Of a stretch of 64,000 nt of DNA, positions 27,916 to 41,790 are shown piece after piece. Source of the stretch: Octopus vulgaris (lineage: Eukaryota); assembly GCA_951406725.2 (NCBI GenBank), contig OX597821.1:6634001-6698000 (forward strand). The letters are read 5' to 3'. The notes beneath the pieces are model-generated. The model was not told where the DNA came from. It made no database searches and saw only the letters and a list, made by a program, of their open reading frames with translations. The translations under genes and the position numbers were made by a program. The stretch's first letter is position 1. Every line of letters starts with the position of its first letter.

Positions 27916-30900
27916 CAGCAAAAATAATTGTTTGGAGAAAATCTTTTGTTTTGCTAGTTTTGAATTTATGTTGAATAATGCTGAGGGAACAAAGGAATTT
28001 TTAAGGGGCAGGCAGGGGTGGGGAAGAAAAGAAAGAAAAATATATAAAAGCATAAAAGATCAAGTATAAAAAAAAACCCATCACAACATCAAGAAAACAA
28101 AGAAAAACAAAGAAAGATTGGGTGGGGGGGAATTAAATGGCAGAAGATGGGGGTGAGAAGTAACAGGTTGTATGTTCTGAGGATATTCTGAGGTTTTTGA
28201 TAGTTTGAAATGATCTTAAGAAGTTTATCTAAAGGAAGAAAGAGAGAGAAAGAGAGAGAGAGAGGAATCAAAACTCAATATTTGACAGGTCCTTTGATCC
28301 ACTGATGTTTAAAAGGCAAAGTTAACATTGCTGGGATTTGAACTCACAGTACAAAGGGTTATCCCAAGACATTCTATCTGATGCTCTAGTGACTCTACCA
28401 ACATGCAACTTTAAATTACATCCTGATCATCTTGAAAAGAAAGGAACAAACGGATGAGATGGCCATGGTTGGATTGTCTTTGATCATAGGGTTGCTATCA
28501 GGGATGATCTGGAGTTAAACACCTCTTGCTTATCGTTGATATGTGTTAGCAATTATCACCTCAGAAGGTCTACTAGCCCCTTCCCCAAATAAGAGCTGGC
28601 CAAGCCATGTGCAATGTTCAACATTATGATTGATAACATTAATACAAATTCCATCTATTCAGTTTCATACATGGCTCAGTGGGGTTAGTATATTCAGCTC
28701 ACAATCGTAAGGTTGTGAGTTCAATTCTTGGTGGTGGTTTACTTCTTTGAGCAGGATACTTTATTCCCCATTGGTGCTGCCCACACAGCTGGCAAAAGTG
28801 AGTTGTACCTGAATTTCAAAGGGCCAGCCTTGTTACATTCTGTGTCATACTGAATCTGCCTGAAAACTACATTAAGGGTATGTGTGTCTTTTAGACATTC
28901 TGCTATGAGAAGAACATTATTAGCTTATTATAGTTCACAGGGTCAACTGGTTATAAGTTCCTCTGTTGTGGCCTGGAAGGCTATAAAAAATAGGAGGGGA
29001 CTGAGAACCAAGACATGTGAAATTCCTGACAGTACCCCATTTCACAGATTGTATAGCCTTCACAGGCCATTCATTTACTCCAAGCTCCTTCCTCAAAACC
29101 AGGGACCCTGTTAAAGGCTTTCTTCAGTTCAACGAACACCAAGCACAACACCTTTCCTACCTATCAAACACAGTCATATATTTGAGGAGCTCAGCCACTT
29201 GCATGTTAATTTCATGATAAACACTTGTCATCATAATCAGAGGTGTACTCAGCCAGCCAGTTTCACTTGAGTTTTGAGTCAACAACATAAAGTTATGACA
29301 GATTACCCTTTTCGTGTTTTTTGACTAAAGTGCTTCACAGTGGCATTGAACCTGGATGCGTGTGATTGTGAAATAAATGTTTTAATTACAAATATATACC
29401 AGCTTCTGTTGCTAAAGGAGAAATGACTTCTGTGGTATGAATATGCGATGTGAATGGAGGATGAATGAAAATGTGGCGTGTGATGGTGTCAGTGGAAGAA
29501 GATTAACTGTGATAGGGAAAGAGAAAAGTAAAGAGGAAGTATGGGGAAGTGATAAGATCACATCTCAAGATGTTGAGATGATACAGGATTGTGATGAGTG
29601 GTGATTTGTTGTTGTTGTGCTATTCTTGTACTTCAGCCCTTCAAGTTTTGTATAAACAGATGTTAAAAACATAACACACACACACACACACATTTGAATA
29701 TTTGAATGTGAAAAAGTACCCAATACATGTACAAAAGTCTGTTCATTTATTTGAAGTTGAGACCACCCTTTTTTTCTACTTTTAGTTTTCAGCCCATCCT
29801 CCTGGGTGGGGCATTCGTAGAATTGTAAAAATATCAGGCCTGATTCTTTGTGGTGTTTGTTGCAGTTCATTGTGTTCTGATTTCAAATCCTACCATAGCC
29901 TATTTGGATGATTGATTTAATCTGTTACCCTATTTAGCACCACCAATTGGCACCTTGGGTCCTTCAGGAGAGGTTACACTGTTGCATGAATTTGGGCCAG
30001 GTCTCTTGTCTAAAGTACATTTTTGTCTTGGAGGCCCTGTAAAAAGTCATAAGCACTACCTTTCCTCCTTATTAAAAGGTTCAGATGAGGTAGTTTTGTG
30101 GAAGGGCAGTTCTCGTCACTCCCTTCTGCTCATTGATCACTGACATGGGTACATGCCTTTTGACCCAACAGAGTCAGCAAGTCCTCGATGTGTCACCATT
30201 GCCACCTCATCACTTGTCTGCATTTAAGTGCCTTTGCCTCTGCTCTCATAGTTGCACTCCACCTTGCACCCTGCAGCCACTACGCTCACTCACTCATTCA
30301 TTCATACTCATACATGTCACCGATAGCAGCAACTCTATTCATTTGTCATTTCGCACATTCAGGCTCTCCACTTCCACATTGTTGTGGCCTCTTCATCATG
30401 AAATACAGGTGGTGCTCCAGCATGGCCACAGCCTTAGGGCTGAAACACATAACAGAATAAAAGAATACATATATAATCTTTTTGTCTATATTCTCCTTTA
30501 TACTCACCTTGTACCTTGAGAGTACACTCTAGCACCCCACCACCACTATATTTTATTTCCCTTCCAGCAACTTGCTCACTTTCACATAGTGTAGGATAGC
30601 CAGGTGTCTCTTCTATAGAAAGACACCTGTGCTTGTTCCTCTATCAACACCTGGCATAAAGTCACCTCCCCCTCTCTCAGATACACTCCTGCTCAATTGA
30701 GGAGGCTTTTTCCTTTTTCTTTTTCTTTCTTTACTTTGTCTTGTAAGTTATTTGGTGACCTCACTAGTGTTGGTGCCACATAAAAAGCACCCAGTACAAA
30801 GCATAAAGTGGCTGGTGTTAGAAAAGGTATCCAGCTGTAGAAATCATGCCAAAGCAGACACTGGGGCCTGACACAACTCTGCTGCTTGTTGGATCCTGTC

Positions 30901-31259
30901 AAAACGTTCAACAAATACCAGCATGGGAAGCAAATGTTTGATGATGATGATGATAATACATGTTTCATATAATTCATTGTCCAGAATAGAATAGTAATCA
31001 AAGGAGTCCATAGATAAAAAAAAAAAAAAGACTGGTTGAGAACTACTGCTATAGACACACATTCATTCACAACATTGTTAGTCAAGGTTTTTTGCCATGT
31101 GCTATCTTCTTGGTAACGAAAAGATATGAAATCCATATTTTTTATTTTGAAACAATACAAGTGACAAGTCACTTTGAGTTACAATGAAATGCATCATAAA
31201 TTTCAAGTGAATAAATATACTCAACTCAAGTACCTTGTCTTTTGTTTGCATGCCCAAAC

Positions 31260-32680
31260 ATGTATAAACATCAGGTACACACCAAAATTCCTTCAATCGA
31301 CATGAACGAATTTACCTTACCACCCATCCTGCAAGCTGTTTGCTCAGTATCTTATCCTCCGTTAGACATTTTACCAGTATGATTATTAAATCAGATTAAA
31401 GTATTTGAAAAAAAAAAAAAGAAAATGTTTTCATTTTTTCTACCTGAGAACATTCTGGTATTCCCACAGAATGTTTACTAAAAGATAAACTACTCTTTAC
31501 TTTACACTGCTGTTTCCTCTTTCCATAAGAATTATTTGCTGCAATGCTAGCTGCTAACAGATGCAGTTTTCTGCACTGGGTCGACATTAATACTTCACCT
31601 ATTCCTTACTCTTTTCAGATAAGCACTAAAACATGCTTGTTTTTGCTTTTCTTTCTCTTGGGATTTAATATTTGTGTGGATTGGTCTTCATCAACCTCAA
31701 CTTGATGGAAATTTCTTTTTTACTTCTACTTCTCTCTTTCTTTCTCTTTTTCTTTCCATTCTTTCCTTTCTACCCCTTCATTATACCCTCACATCATATG
31801 TAATGACTGTGTCAGCCTGTTTGATAAGTGGAGTTCTTTTTACAGTTTCCACAGACAAAAATGGAGTTGTGTAGAGTTGATGTCTTTCACATTTGTCTTT
31901 TTAGTTTCTCAAATTCAACCTTTTTCACCTCTGCCTTCACAGCACATCTCTGGAATAAACAGTTTAATGCTACATCCTTCCATGTCCCCATTGAACATGT
32001 ACTGGACAGTTGTCCCTTTAACATGCATCCATACATTTCAGATAAGAATAATTTGTTTGATGTGATCCATACTCAAGTAGGCTATGTATTAAACATTTAG
32101 GGATGTGTCTGTCTGGTACAAATAACCCTGCTTGTCTGACACAAATATAAGGCAGTGAGCTGGCAGAAACGTTAGCATGCCGGGCGAAATGCTTAGTGGT
32201 ATTTTGTCTGCCGCTACGTACTGAGTTCAAATTCTGCTGAGGTCGACTTTGCTTTTCATCCTTTTGGGGTCGATTAAATAAGTACCAGTTACGCACTGCG
32301 GTCGATATAATCGACTTAATTCCTTTGTCTGTCCTGGTTTGTCCCCTCTGTGTCTAGAACCTTCCGGGCAGTAAAGAAATAACGAATAACCCTGCCATCA
32401 CAGACGACACTCATTGAGCATTGCAAATATGGTATTCTTTCCTTTGTTGCCCAAAACCTCAGAATTGGCGATCGTGTCTTTCCCATGTGATGCCAAAGAT
32501 TTTGCAAAGACATCTCAAGCAATAGACATTTAACTTTCTCTCTTTCTCTGACATATATACTCCATATTATACCATCATTTATGGAAGTACAGAGGATGCC
32601 AGTTTGATAAAAAAAATTCAACTTAATGTTCAGTGTAAGAATTGGCCAAATATCAAACACACTCTATTGCAGTGTTTGGT
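31260..32680 (-). mobile_element. Old LINE fragment (CR1/Crack/Jockey-like), split by a SINE at 32150-32383
   Basis: Minus-strand IHSLLEYGSH (cf. VRPxLEYxxxxW) near 32060-32090; otherwise highly decayed. Confidence 0.35.
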
Positions 32681-32751
32681 TATGTTCCAAATTAAATTTC
32701 ACCGGGGTCGAGACATTGCCTTTCATCCTTCTGAGACTGAGGAAATAACAG

Positions 32752-35700
32752 TATCATCACCATCATCATCATTGTTTAACATCCGCTTTCCATGCTAGCA
32801 TGGGTTGGACAATTTGACTGAGGTCTGGTGAACCAGATGGCTGCACCAGACTCCAATCTGATCTGGCAGAGTTTCTACAGCTGGATGCCCTTCATAATGC
32901 CAACCACTCTGAGAGTGTAGTGGGTGCTTTTACGTGCCACTGGCATGAGGGCCAGTCAGGCAGTACTGGCAGCAGCCACACTCAAATGGTGCATTTCACG
33001 TGCCACCTGTACAGGAGCCAGTCCAGTGGCACTGGCAATGACCTCGCTCGAATGTTTTTTCATGTGCCACCAGCACAAGTGCCAGTAAGGTGACACAGGT
33101 AATGATCATACTTGAATGGTGCTTTTTACATGCCATCAGCACGGAGGCCAGCTTGTTGCTCTGGCAACGATCACACTTGTATGGTACTCTTAGCGCTCCA
33201 CTAGCACAGATGCCAATCATCGAATTTGATTTCGATTTCGATTTCACTTGTCTCAACAGGTCTTTGCAAGCATAGTTTAGTGTCCAATGAAAGAAAGGTA
33301 CGCATAAGTGGGCTGGTTACACCCCTGGCATAGGCCACAAGGTTATGGTCTCACTCGAGCTTGCCGAGTCTTCTCAAGCACAGCATATTTCCAAAGGTCC
33401 CAGTCACTAGTCATTGCCTCAGTGAGGCCCAATGTTCAAAGGTCATGCTTTGCCACCTCATCCCAGGTCTTTCTGGGTCTACCTCTTCCACAGGTACCCT
33501 CAACCGCTAGGGTGTGGCACTTTTTCACACAACTATCTTCATCCATTCTCACTACATGACCATACCAGTGCAAACGTCTCTCTTGCACACCACAACTGAT
33601 GCTTCTTAGGTCCAACTTTTCTCTCAAGGTACTTACACTCTGTCGAGTATGAACACTGACATTACACATCCATCGGAGCATACTGGCTTCATTTCTTGCG
33701 AGCTTACGCATATCCTCAGCAGTCACGGCCCACGTTTCACTGCCATGTAGCATGGCTGTTCGTACACATACGTCATACAGTCTGCCTTTTATTCTGAGCG
33801 AGAGGCCTTTTGTCACCAGCAGAGGTAAGAGCTCTCTGAACTTTGCCCATGCTATTCTTACTCTAGCAGTTACACTTTCAGCACACCAGCCCCCAGCTAC
33901 TGACTTGGTCACCTAGGTAACGAAAGCTATCAACAATTTCTAGTTTTTCTCCCTGGAATGTGGCGGAAGTTGGTCTCTGAGCATTTTCAGTGTTTATTGC
34001 TCCTGAGCATCTGCCACATACAAAAACTATCTTCCTAGTTAGCCTTCCTTTGACATTGCTGCACCTCTTATGTGTCCATAGCTTACACTTGGTGCATCTT
34101 ATAGAGTTACTACCTACGCCTTTTCTACAGATCGAGCAGGGCCATCTACCTGTAGGCGTTTGTGATTTGCCTGCCTTCCTACATATTAGGACTTTGGTTT
34201 TAGCTAGGTTGATTTTAAGGCCCTTCGATTCTAATCCTTGTCTCCACACTTGAAACTTCTCCTCTAGTTCTGATAGTGACTCAGCAATTAGAGCAAGGTC
34301 ATCAACATATAGGAGCTCCCAGGGGCATCCTGTCCTGAATTCCTCCGTTATTGCCTGGAGGACTATGATAAATAGGAGGGGGCTGAGGACTGAACCTTGG
34401 AGGACCCCTACCTCTACCCTGAATTCTTTAGTGTACTCGTTGCCAACCCTCACCTTACTTACGGCATCTCTGTACATGGCTTGCACAGCCCTCACCAGCC
34501 ATTCATCTATCCCTAGTTTCCTCATTGACCACCAGATAAGGGATCGGGGGACCCTATCAAAGGCTTTCTCCATGTCAACGAAAGCCAGGTACAGGGGCTT
34601 ATCTTTGGCTAGGTATTTCTCCTGCAGCTGCCTTACCAGGAATATAGCATCAGTGGTACTTTTCCCTGGCACAAACCCAAACTGCATCTCATCTAAACTA
34701 ACTCTCTCTCTAATTAGTTGGGCGATGACCCTCTCCGTAACCTTCATTACCTGATCCAACAGCTTGATACCTCTGTAATTATTTGTATCTAGGGCGTCAC
34801 CTTTACCTTTGTAACAGTTGACTATTATGCTGCTACACCAGTCATTGGGTATGACTCCTTCATGTATCACTTGGTTAACTATACGGGTGACTAGGCTGTA
34901 GCCGACACTACCAGATATTTTAAGCATCTCTGCAGTAATTCCTGATGGGCCTGGGGCTTTCCCTGTCTTCATGCTTCTAATTGCCTTAACTACTAAGGAA
35001 CTGTCAACTCAGATAGCTGGTCCCTCTGTTGGGTCGACATTCGGCAGACTCTCTTTCTCCCATTCATTTTCCTTATTTAGCAGCCTCTCATAATGGTGTC
35101 TCCAAACCTCTCTCTTTGCATCCTCATTCAGCGCAAGTGAGCCATCATCCATGCGAACACATTTCTCTCCTACCACATCATGATTCTCTCTCACACACTG
35201 TCTTGCAACACGGAATACCTCAAGTCTTTGGTCCTCACGGCACAGAACATTGGCAAATTTTTTCTTATCTGCTTCCCCTCTGGCTAAATAAACCTGTCTC
35301 CTAGCTTCTCTTTTGGTAGTCTGATACAATTCCCTGCTACCACCATTTTTCCAGTCCTTCCAAGCCTGTCTCTTTTCTCTTATAGCCCTGTTCCACCACC
35401 ACGTTATTTTGGGTCAAGAGGGGACTTTGCACCAGCCACAGATCTGGTCAGTGGCTCTCAGCAGGTTGTCCCTTAGAGACCTCCAGTTGTCTTCTACCCC
35501 ATGTGAAGCTATATCCCTTTCTACTTCGTCAAAGGCTTCAAGTAATATGTCCCTAAATCTCTGTCCATTTGCAGGATCTTTAAGCTTCCAGATCCTTCTT
35601 CTCCATGTTGGTCGTCTTCTAGTCATCCTCTTAGTCCTGATCCTAAAGTCACTAACTACCAGTCTATGTTGTGGGGTACATTCTTCGCCTGGGAAGGTTT

Positions 35701-36202
35701 TGGCATTTATAAGCAGCCATCTTTCCCTTTTCCTGGCAAGGATGTAGTCAATTTGGCTGGTATGTTGGCCCGATCGGTAGGTGACTAGGTGGCTGGTAGG
35801 TTTCCTGAAGTTAGTGTTGCAAACCATAAGATCATTTGCATCGCAGAACTCCAGCAGCCTGGTTCCCTCCTCGTTGCGGGAACCATAACCATAGCCTCCA
35901 TGTACACCATGGAAGCCCCCAGCATGTCGTCCAACGTGACCATTGAAGTCACCAGCCACAAAGAGAAGGTCTCTGTCGTTTGTCAGCGAGGTAGTCTCCA
36001 GTAGGGTGTCATAGAATCCGTCTTTCTGTCCATCAGGTAGCCCCGGCTGAGGGGCATTGGCCGATATAATGGTTGCTAATCTATGATGAAGCACTAATCT
36101 AATCTTAAGTATTCTGTCACTTACTCTGATTACCTCTATTACCTTATCTACCCATTTTTCAGCGAGAAGTATACCCACGCCCCCAACCCCGTCAGTGTTC
36201 CC
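32752..36202 (-). mobile_element. RTE-clade non-LTR retrotransposon, 5'-truncated, few frameshifts/stops (relatively young)
   Basis: APE endonuclease (GVGILL, AGDFNGHVG, SQIDYIL, QHRLVV), RT (KAPGPSG, NYRGIKLL, QFGFVPG, FVDMEKAFDRV, GVLQGSVLSPLLF, YVDD), Cys-rich insert (CSIC...CTKC...H-KRC...CGRC), C-terminal RGRPRKTW, 3' UTR and (GAT)n tail at 32752-32772. Confidence 0.95.
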
Positions 36203-36430
36203 ATATATATATATATATGTATGTACGTGTGTGTGTATGTTTGTGTGCCTGTGTTTGTCCCCCAACATTGCTTGACAACCGATGCTTGCGTGTTTACGGC
36301 AAAAGAAACTGATAGAATAAGTACTAGGCTTACAAAGAATAAGTCCTGGGGCTGATTTGCTCAACTGAAGGCTGTGCTCAAGCATGGCCACAGTCAAATG
36401 ACTGAAACAAGTAAAAGAGAAAGAAAAGAG
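36203..36430 (+). mobile_element. SINE family A, 3' half only, abutting the RTE 5' end
   Basis: Starts in the internal (TA)n tract; head missing. Confidence 0.8.
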
Positions 36431-37479
36431 AATGTCTTATAATGCCAAACAAATATGCTAAGTCAGTTAATAACCAGAGATCAATAAAATAAATACCAGT
36501 GTGAAATAAGGACTGGAGTCAATATGATTGACTGATTAAAAGCTTTTAAAGGTGGTGCCCCAGTATGGCCATCGTCCAGTACTTGAAACTTGAAAAAGAA
36601 CAATCAGCTACTTAATGTCAGGGTAACCCTTGTAACATTTCTTATGAGCCAAACCCTGAATGAACAGGGGAGACTTCCTTGCTGGCTGGGATTCTAGTTT
36701 TGATTCATAATCACAGAAATCACAACATCCCAAACAGCATCTTATCTCACTTGTTTAGTAAACAGACAAGGAGGTGGAGTGGTTTTTAAGGGTTTAAGTT
36801 GAGAGCTGGAGTAGGAGATAGTGACTGGGTGGAATCTTATGACACCTACTGTCGAGATAAACAGATCTAGATAATGGTGGGTTGTACTATTATCTAGATA
36901 AAGATATTCAGATAGTAGTATAGTGGTACAACACATTAAACAATCAGTTTATTGTGTATTCAGATGTATTCATGTGTGTGTGTGTGTGTTTTGGATGATC
37001 TGTTGGCCTGCTTCTCTGGAGTTTCCTGGAGGTGAAAATCAGTTCTCCAAGACAAGAAAAACCAGACAGGAAATACTATGATGTTGTCTACATGTTTTTT
37101 TTTTCCTTTCTTTATAACCGACAGATGTGTGTATATGTGTGTGTGTGTATATGTACACACACACACACACACACACACACAAATACATACAAACGTGTGT
37201 ATAAACTCATACACAAATACATACAAACGTGTGTATAACTGCATACATACACACACAAACATATAAGTACATGCATGCACATACATTCACATGCATTTTG
37301 TAATCAAATATGTTTTTTTCTTCTCTCTCCAGATGGTGTATAATTTCTCATTTTGCCTTTTATAAATGATTCAATAGGCAGATGAATAGATATTGGTGTA
37401 ATAATAACAACAATAATGTATAATAATATAGCAATAATAATGTTCAATGAAATAATAATAATAACAATAACAAAATAAC

Positions 37480-37512
<33 letters not shown>

Positions 37513-38046
37513 CATAGTAACTTTCATCATGATGAAAGACAACTGTGGGTGAGATTTTGGGAAAGTTTGATATTCTTTGCTATTCAACAGCTCCCCCTCC
37601 TCCTCCTCCTCATCATCATCATCATCATCCCCATCTTCCCCTGTTCTTGAACTTCCACAAAAGTAAATGATGTAAACCCTTTTGCTACCTTCACCAAAAG
37701 AAGGATTCTACTACTACTACTACAACTACTATTAGTACCACCACCACCACCCTCTTCCATCGTTTATCACCACCTCTTTTTCTGTCTCTTCCCTCCATCC
37801 CTGCCAGCCTTGCCTAATTCCCATGAAATGTTATCAAACAGAAGGGAACCAAAACAAAGAACAAAAAGCAAAATCAAAAAACAAAAAAAAAAAACAAGAA
37901 GTTAACTGCCACCGCCCTAGACTTTATTCATGTCTCAGTCAGCTGTTTTGATATAAATCTTAGATTCACTCAAAGAGAAGTCAGTCATCAGACTTCTCTT
38001 TCTCCTTCTCTATTTCCCTCCTTCCTTCATTCTTTCATTAATAGCG

Positions 38047-38113
<67 letters not shown>

Positions 38114-38116
38114 TCA

Positions 38117-39715
38117 AGGCAGTGAGCTGGCAAAATCGTTTGCACGTCGGTTGAAATGCATAGTGGTATTTCATCTACCACTACGTTTGGAGTTCAAATT
38201 TTGCCAAGATCGACTTTGCCCTTCATCCTTTCGAGGTTGATAAATTAAGGACCAGTGAAACACTGGGATTGATATAACTGACTACAAAATTTCCTACAAA
38301 ATTTCAAGGTTTGTGCCTTTAGTAGAATGGATTATTATTATTATATTCATCTGCCTTTATATTCTGAGTTCAAATACTGCCAACCTCAACTTTGCCTTTC
38401 ATCATTTTGGGATCAATAAAATATGCACCAATTCAGTACTGGGGTCGATGTAATCATCGTACTCCATCCCCCCACCCAAATTGCTGGCCTTGTGCCAAAA
38501 TTAAAATCCATTATAGACATTGCACAGTATACAATACCGTGAGGTTGTTGATTGAAGATATTGTGTCTACCTGGGGTTTGCACTGTTTGTCAAGTCACAA
38601 CAAGGACCTCACACAGACAGTGCTTTACACAATGTGCATGCAGTTCCAAGTATTGCCAACTCTTGCAATACACCTAGATTGTAGGGTATCTCTAAGGTTT
38701 TCAGATGTTTTTCCAGATTGGGTGGTTTTGAACCCAATGCTCCGATGACAATAGGGATAACCTTTTTGTTTGACTCTCGTAGCTGCCACATCTTAGTTCA
38801 GGTCTCCATATTTATCAACTTTTTCTCTTTCTTTCATGATGATATTTGATCTCCTGGCACTGCTACATCAATTATTAGGCACTCTTCTTTGTCCCTCCTA
38901 AAGGTTACTATATCCGGCCTTCAGTGATTATTATTATTATTATTATTATTGCTATCATTGTTCTTCTTCTTCTTCTTATTATTATTTAATTGGTGAAGGT
39001 GGCAGAATTGTTAGCTTTGTGGCATCACATTCGTTTTTATGTTCTGAGTTCAAATTCTGCCGAGATCGACTTTGCCTTTAAGCCTTTCAGGGTTGATAAA
39101 ATAAGTATCAGTTGAGTACTGGGGTCGATGTAATCAATCAGCCCCCTCCCCCAAATTCCTGCCCTTGTGCCTATAGTAGAAAGGATTATTATTATTTTTA
39201 TTATTATTATTATTATTTAGGTGGCAAAATCGTTAGCATGTCGGGCAAAATGCTTTGTGGCATTTCCTCCATGCTTATACTCTGAGTTCAAATTCTGCCA
39301 GATCAACTCTGCATTTGATCCTTTTGGGGTCAATAAAATAAGTACCAGTTGAACACTGGGGTTGATTGAATCAACTGCTGGCCTTGTGCCAAAATTTGAA
39401 ACCATTATTAAGGTGGTGATTTGACAGACTTGTCAGTTATGCCATACAAAACGGTTTACAGCCTTTCTTCTGGCCTTACAGTCTGAGTTCAAGTTCTGCC
39501 AATGATGACTTTGCTTTTCATCCTTATGGGGTCGATAAAAGGCCTGTAATATAGGGGGAGGGAACTAGTCAATTACATTGACCCCAGTGTTTCACTGGTA
39601 CTTAATTTATTGATGCTAAAAGGATGAAAGGCAAAGTTGACCTTTGTGGAATTTGAACTCAGAACATAAAGGTGTACGAAATGCCACTGACAATTCTGCC
39701 AGTTTTGCCACCTTA
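38117..39715. mobile_element. Cluster of about six SINE family B copies interleaved with (ATT)n
   Basis: Copies start near 38117, 38350, 38995, 39218 and 39410 on +; one copy at 39540-39715 on -. Confidence 0.8.
38585..38925 (-). mobile_element. C-terminal fragment of a restriction-like-endonuclease (RLE; R4/Dong/NeSL-type) non-LTR retrotransposon
   Basis: RPDIV...LIIDVAVPGD..I..KE.EKVDKY.DL...MWQL...VIPIVIGALG motif series. Confidence 0.75.
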
Positions 39716-40263
39716 ACAACAACAACAATAATAATAATTTGATTAATTATTACCCACTTTCGTCCCCCCCTCTGTCTTCTTCACTCCCCACTCCACACAC
39801 CTTCTCCTTAGACTGCTTTATTATTAAGTGACCTGATTAAATGTTTATGTGGACCCATCTGTGGCATAACCCTCTCTTTCCTTGCTAATCCTTTCACCCC
39901 CTCACCCTTCCCACCCTTGCTTGCTGGCAGACTAATTCTACATTGCACTATTTGGGTGTGATGTTTCTCTTGAGTATTAGATAATGGAGTATGAAAATAT
40001 GATAAAATGGTAAATGGTTGTTGTCAGGGTGGGAAGTGGGGGTTAGAGATGGGAAATTAAGTTGTAGACTGCTGGGTAGACAGAATCATTAGTGGGTCAG
40101 ATAAAAGGCCTACACTATTTAGCAACAAAACTATTATGTGCTGAGTTCAAATCTTACTAAGGTCAAATTTGCTTTACATCCTTTCAGGGGCTGCTCAATA
40201 AAATCTAGTACCAATCAAGTATTGATTTGGGGTTGATTTAATATTCCGATAAATTACACTCTC

Positions 40264-40762
40264 TCTTTACCCTTTTACTCTTTTACTTGTTTCAGTCATT
40301 TGACTGCGGCCATGCTGGAGCACTGCCTTTAGTCGAGCAAATCGACCCCGGGACTTATTCTTTGTAAGCCCAGTACTTATCCTATCGGTCTCTTTTGCCG
40401 AACCGCTAAGTGATGGGGACGTAAACACACCAGCATTGGTTGTCAAGCAATGCTAGGGGGACAAACACAGACACACAAACATATACACACACACTTATAT
40501 ATATATACATATATACGACAGGCTTGCTTTCAGTTTCCGTCTACCAAATAAACTCACAAGGCATTGGTCGGCCCGGGGCTATAGCAGAAGACACTTGCCC
40601 AAGATGCCACGCAGTATAACTCTCTAAAAATGGTTATTTCCTACACTGAGCACCCGGAACCATGTGGCTGGTTATAGCAGAAGACACTTGCCACATGCTA
40701 GCTGGGACTGAACCCGGAACCATGTGGTTGGTTAGCTACTACCACACAGCACTCCTGCGCCT
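40264..40762 (-). mobile_element. SINE family A with a scrambled segment at 40615-40700; further old copies at ~41120-41330(+), 43230-43590(-), 44900-45245(+), 53383-53600(-), 55825-56200(-)
   Basis: Sequence similarity to the other copies. Confidence 0.8.
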
Positions 40763-41379
40763 GTGTAATTTATATTTCAGATAGATTCAGTGTTGAGTTG
40801 CTGAAGAAGAAATATCATTATATCAATATGCTCAATACCATAGATTTGCTTGTCAGTTGCTTGGCACCTTAACCACTTGAGCATGTCCCTTGGTGACAAT
40901 ATGTGCATCTATGATCATAAGCAGGAGTAGTGGGGAAGCATCATAGCCATGTGTTGAGAGGGATTCTCTGGGTCTGAATAAATGTAACAAAAGCAAAACT
41001 TGAAGAAAATATTAGCTATTTTTCATACTTTCTAGGGGTAAGCAAATACAAAATAACAGTTGCTACACAAGGATAAAAATCTTGCTATACAGTGTTATCA
41101 TAGGAGGCATGAATGGAATTGAAAAAGCTAGGCATAGTTATATTGTTAAGAATTCACTGCACAACCATGCAGTTTTGGATTTGATTCCATTGCATGGCAC
41201 TTTGGGTAAGTGTCTTGCATTATAACTCCAGTTGACCAATGATTTGTTTGTGAAATTTGGTAGACAGAAACTCTATGGAAATTCTGTGTATGTGTGTGTG
41301 TGCATGTTCATCTGTTTGTCTGTCCCCAAAAACCACAAATGGAGAATCTCTTGAATGTTTGCAGATTTTCACTCTACTT

Positions 41380-41790
41380 CTAATCGATTGTCTTTAGAGA
41401 ATGCAAATCAGTGTGTGTCGTTCTGTTTTGAAGAACCCTCCCACTTCTAGATTTTTATGCAGATTTGTTGTTATGTAACCCAGTGTATCAATGGTAATAC
41501 ATGCAAATGAAAACCTGTAGACTTGATATGAGGATAAGTTTCTCATTAGTTCTCTGTAGATGTTCACCTTTTCTCCAATATTTGAAGTGACAGCCACATC
41601 TGCTTTTGCTCCTTGGCCCATATCAGGCCTGTTGTACTGACACAAATTTGCAGATTTTATTTGTTCTACCAGTATTCTTTCTATTTAAAGGTGTGGATAG
41701 AACTTTCTAGAACTTTCTGGTTCTAATGTTCTTTTGCTGTGGCTGTCATGACAATTGTTCCTGGATATAGCATTATGGATGGTTTAAGTA
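41380..41790 (-). mobile_element. Decayed RLE-type non-LTR retrotransposon fragment
   Basis: YNRPD...ADV..TSNIGEKVNIYRELMRNL...YRFSFACITIDTLGYIT resembles PD..D...K...Y RLE domains. Confidence 0.55.

Noticed and set aside
27548-28069. 173-aa poly-L/P/T mucin-like ORF
   Set aside because: Compound trinucleotide microsatellite open in several frames on both strands
35414-36397. 327-aa ORF as a chimeric gene
   Set aside because: Chance in-frame fusion of antisense SINE sequence to the truncated RTE endonuclease
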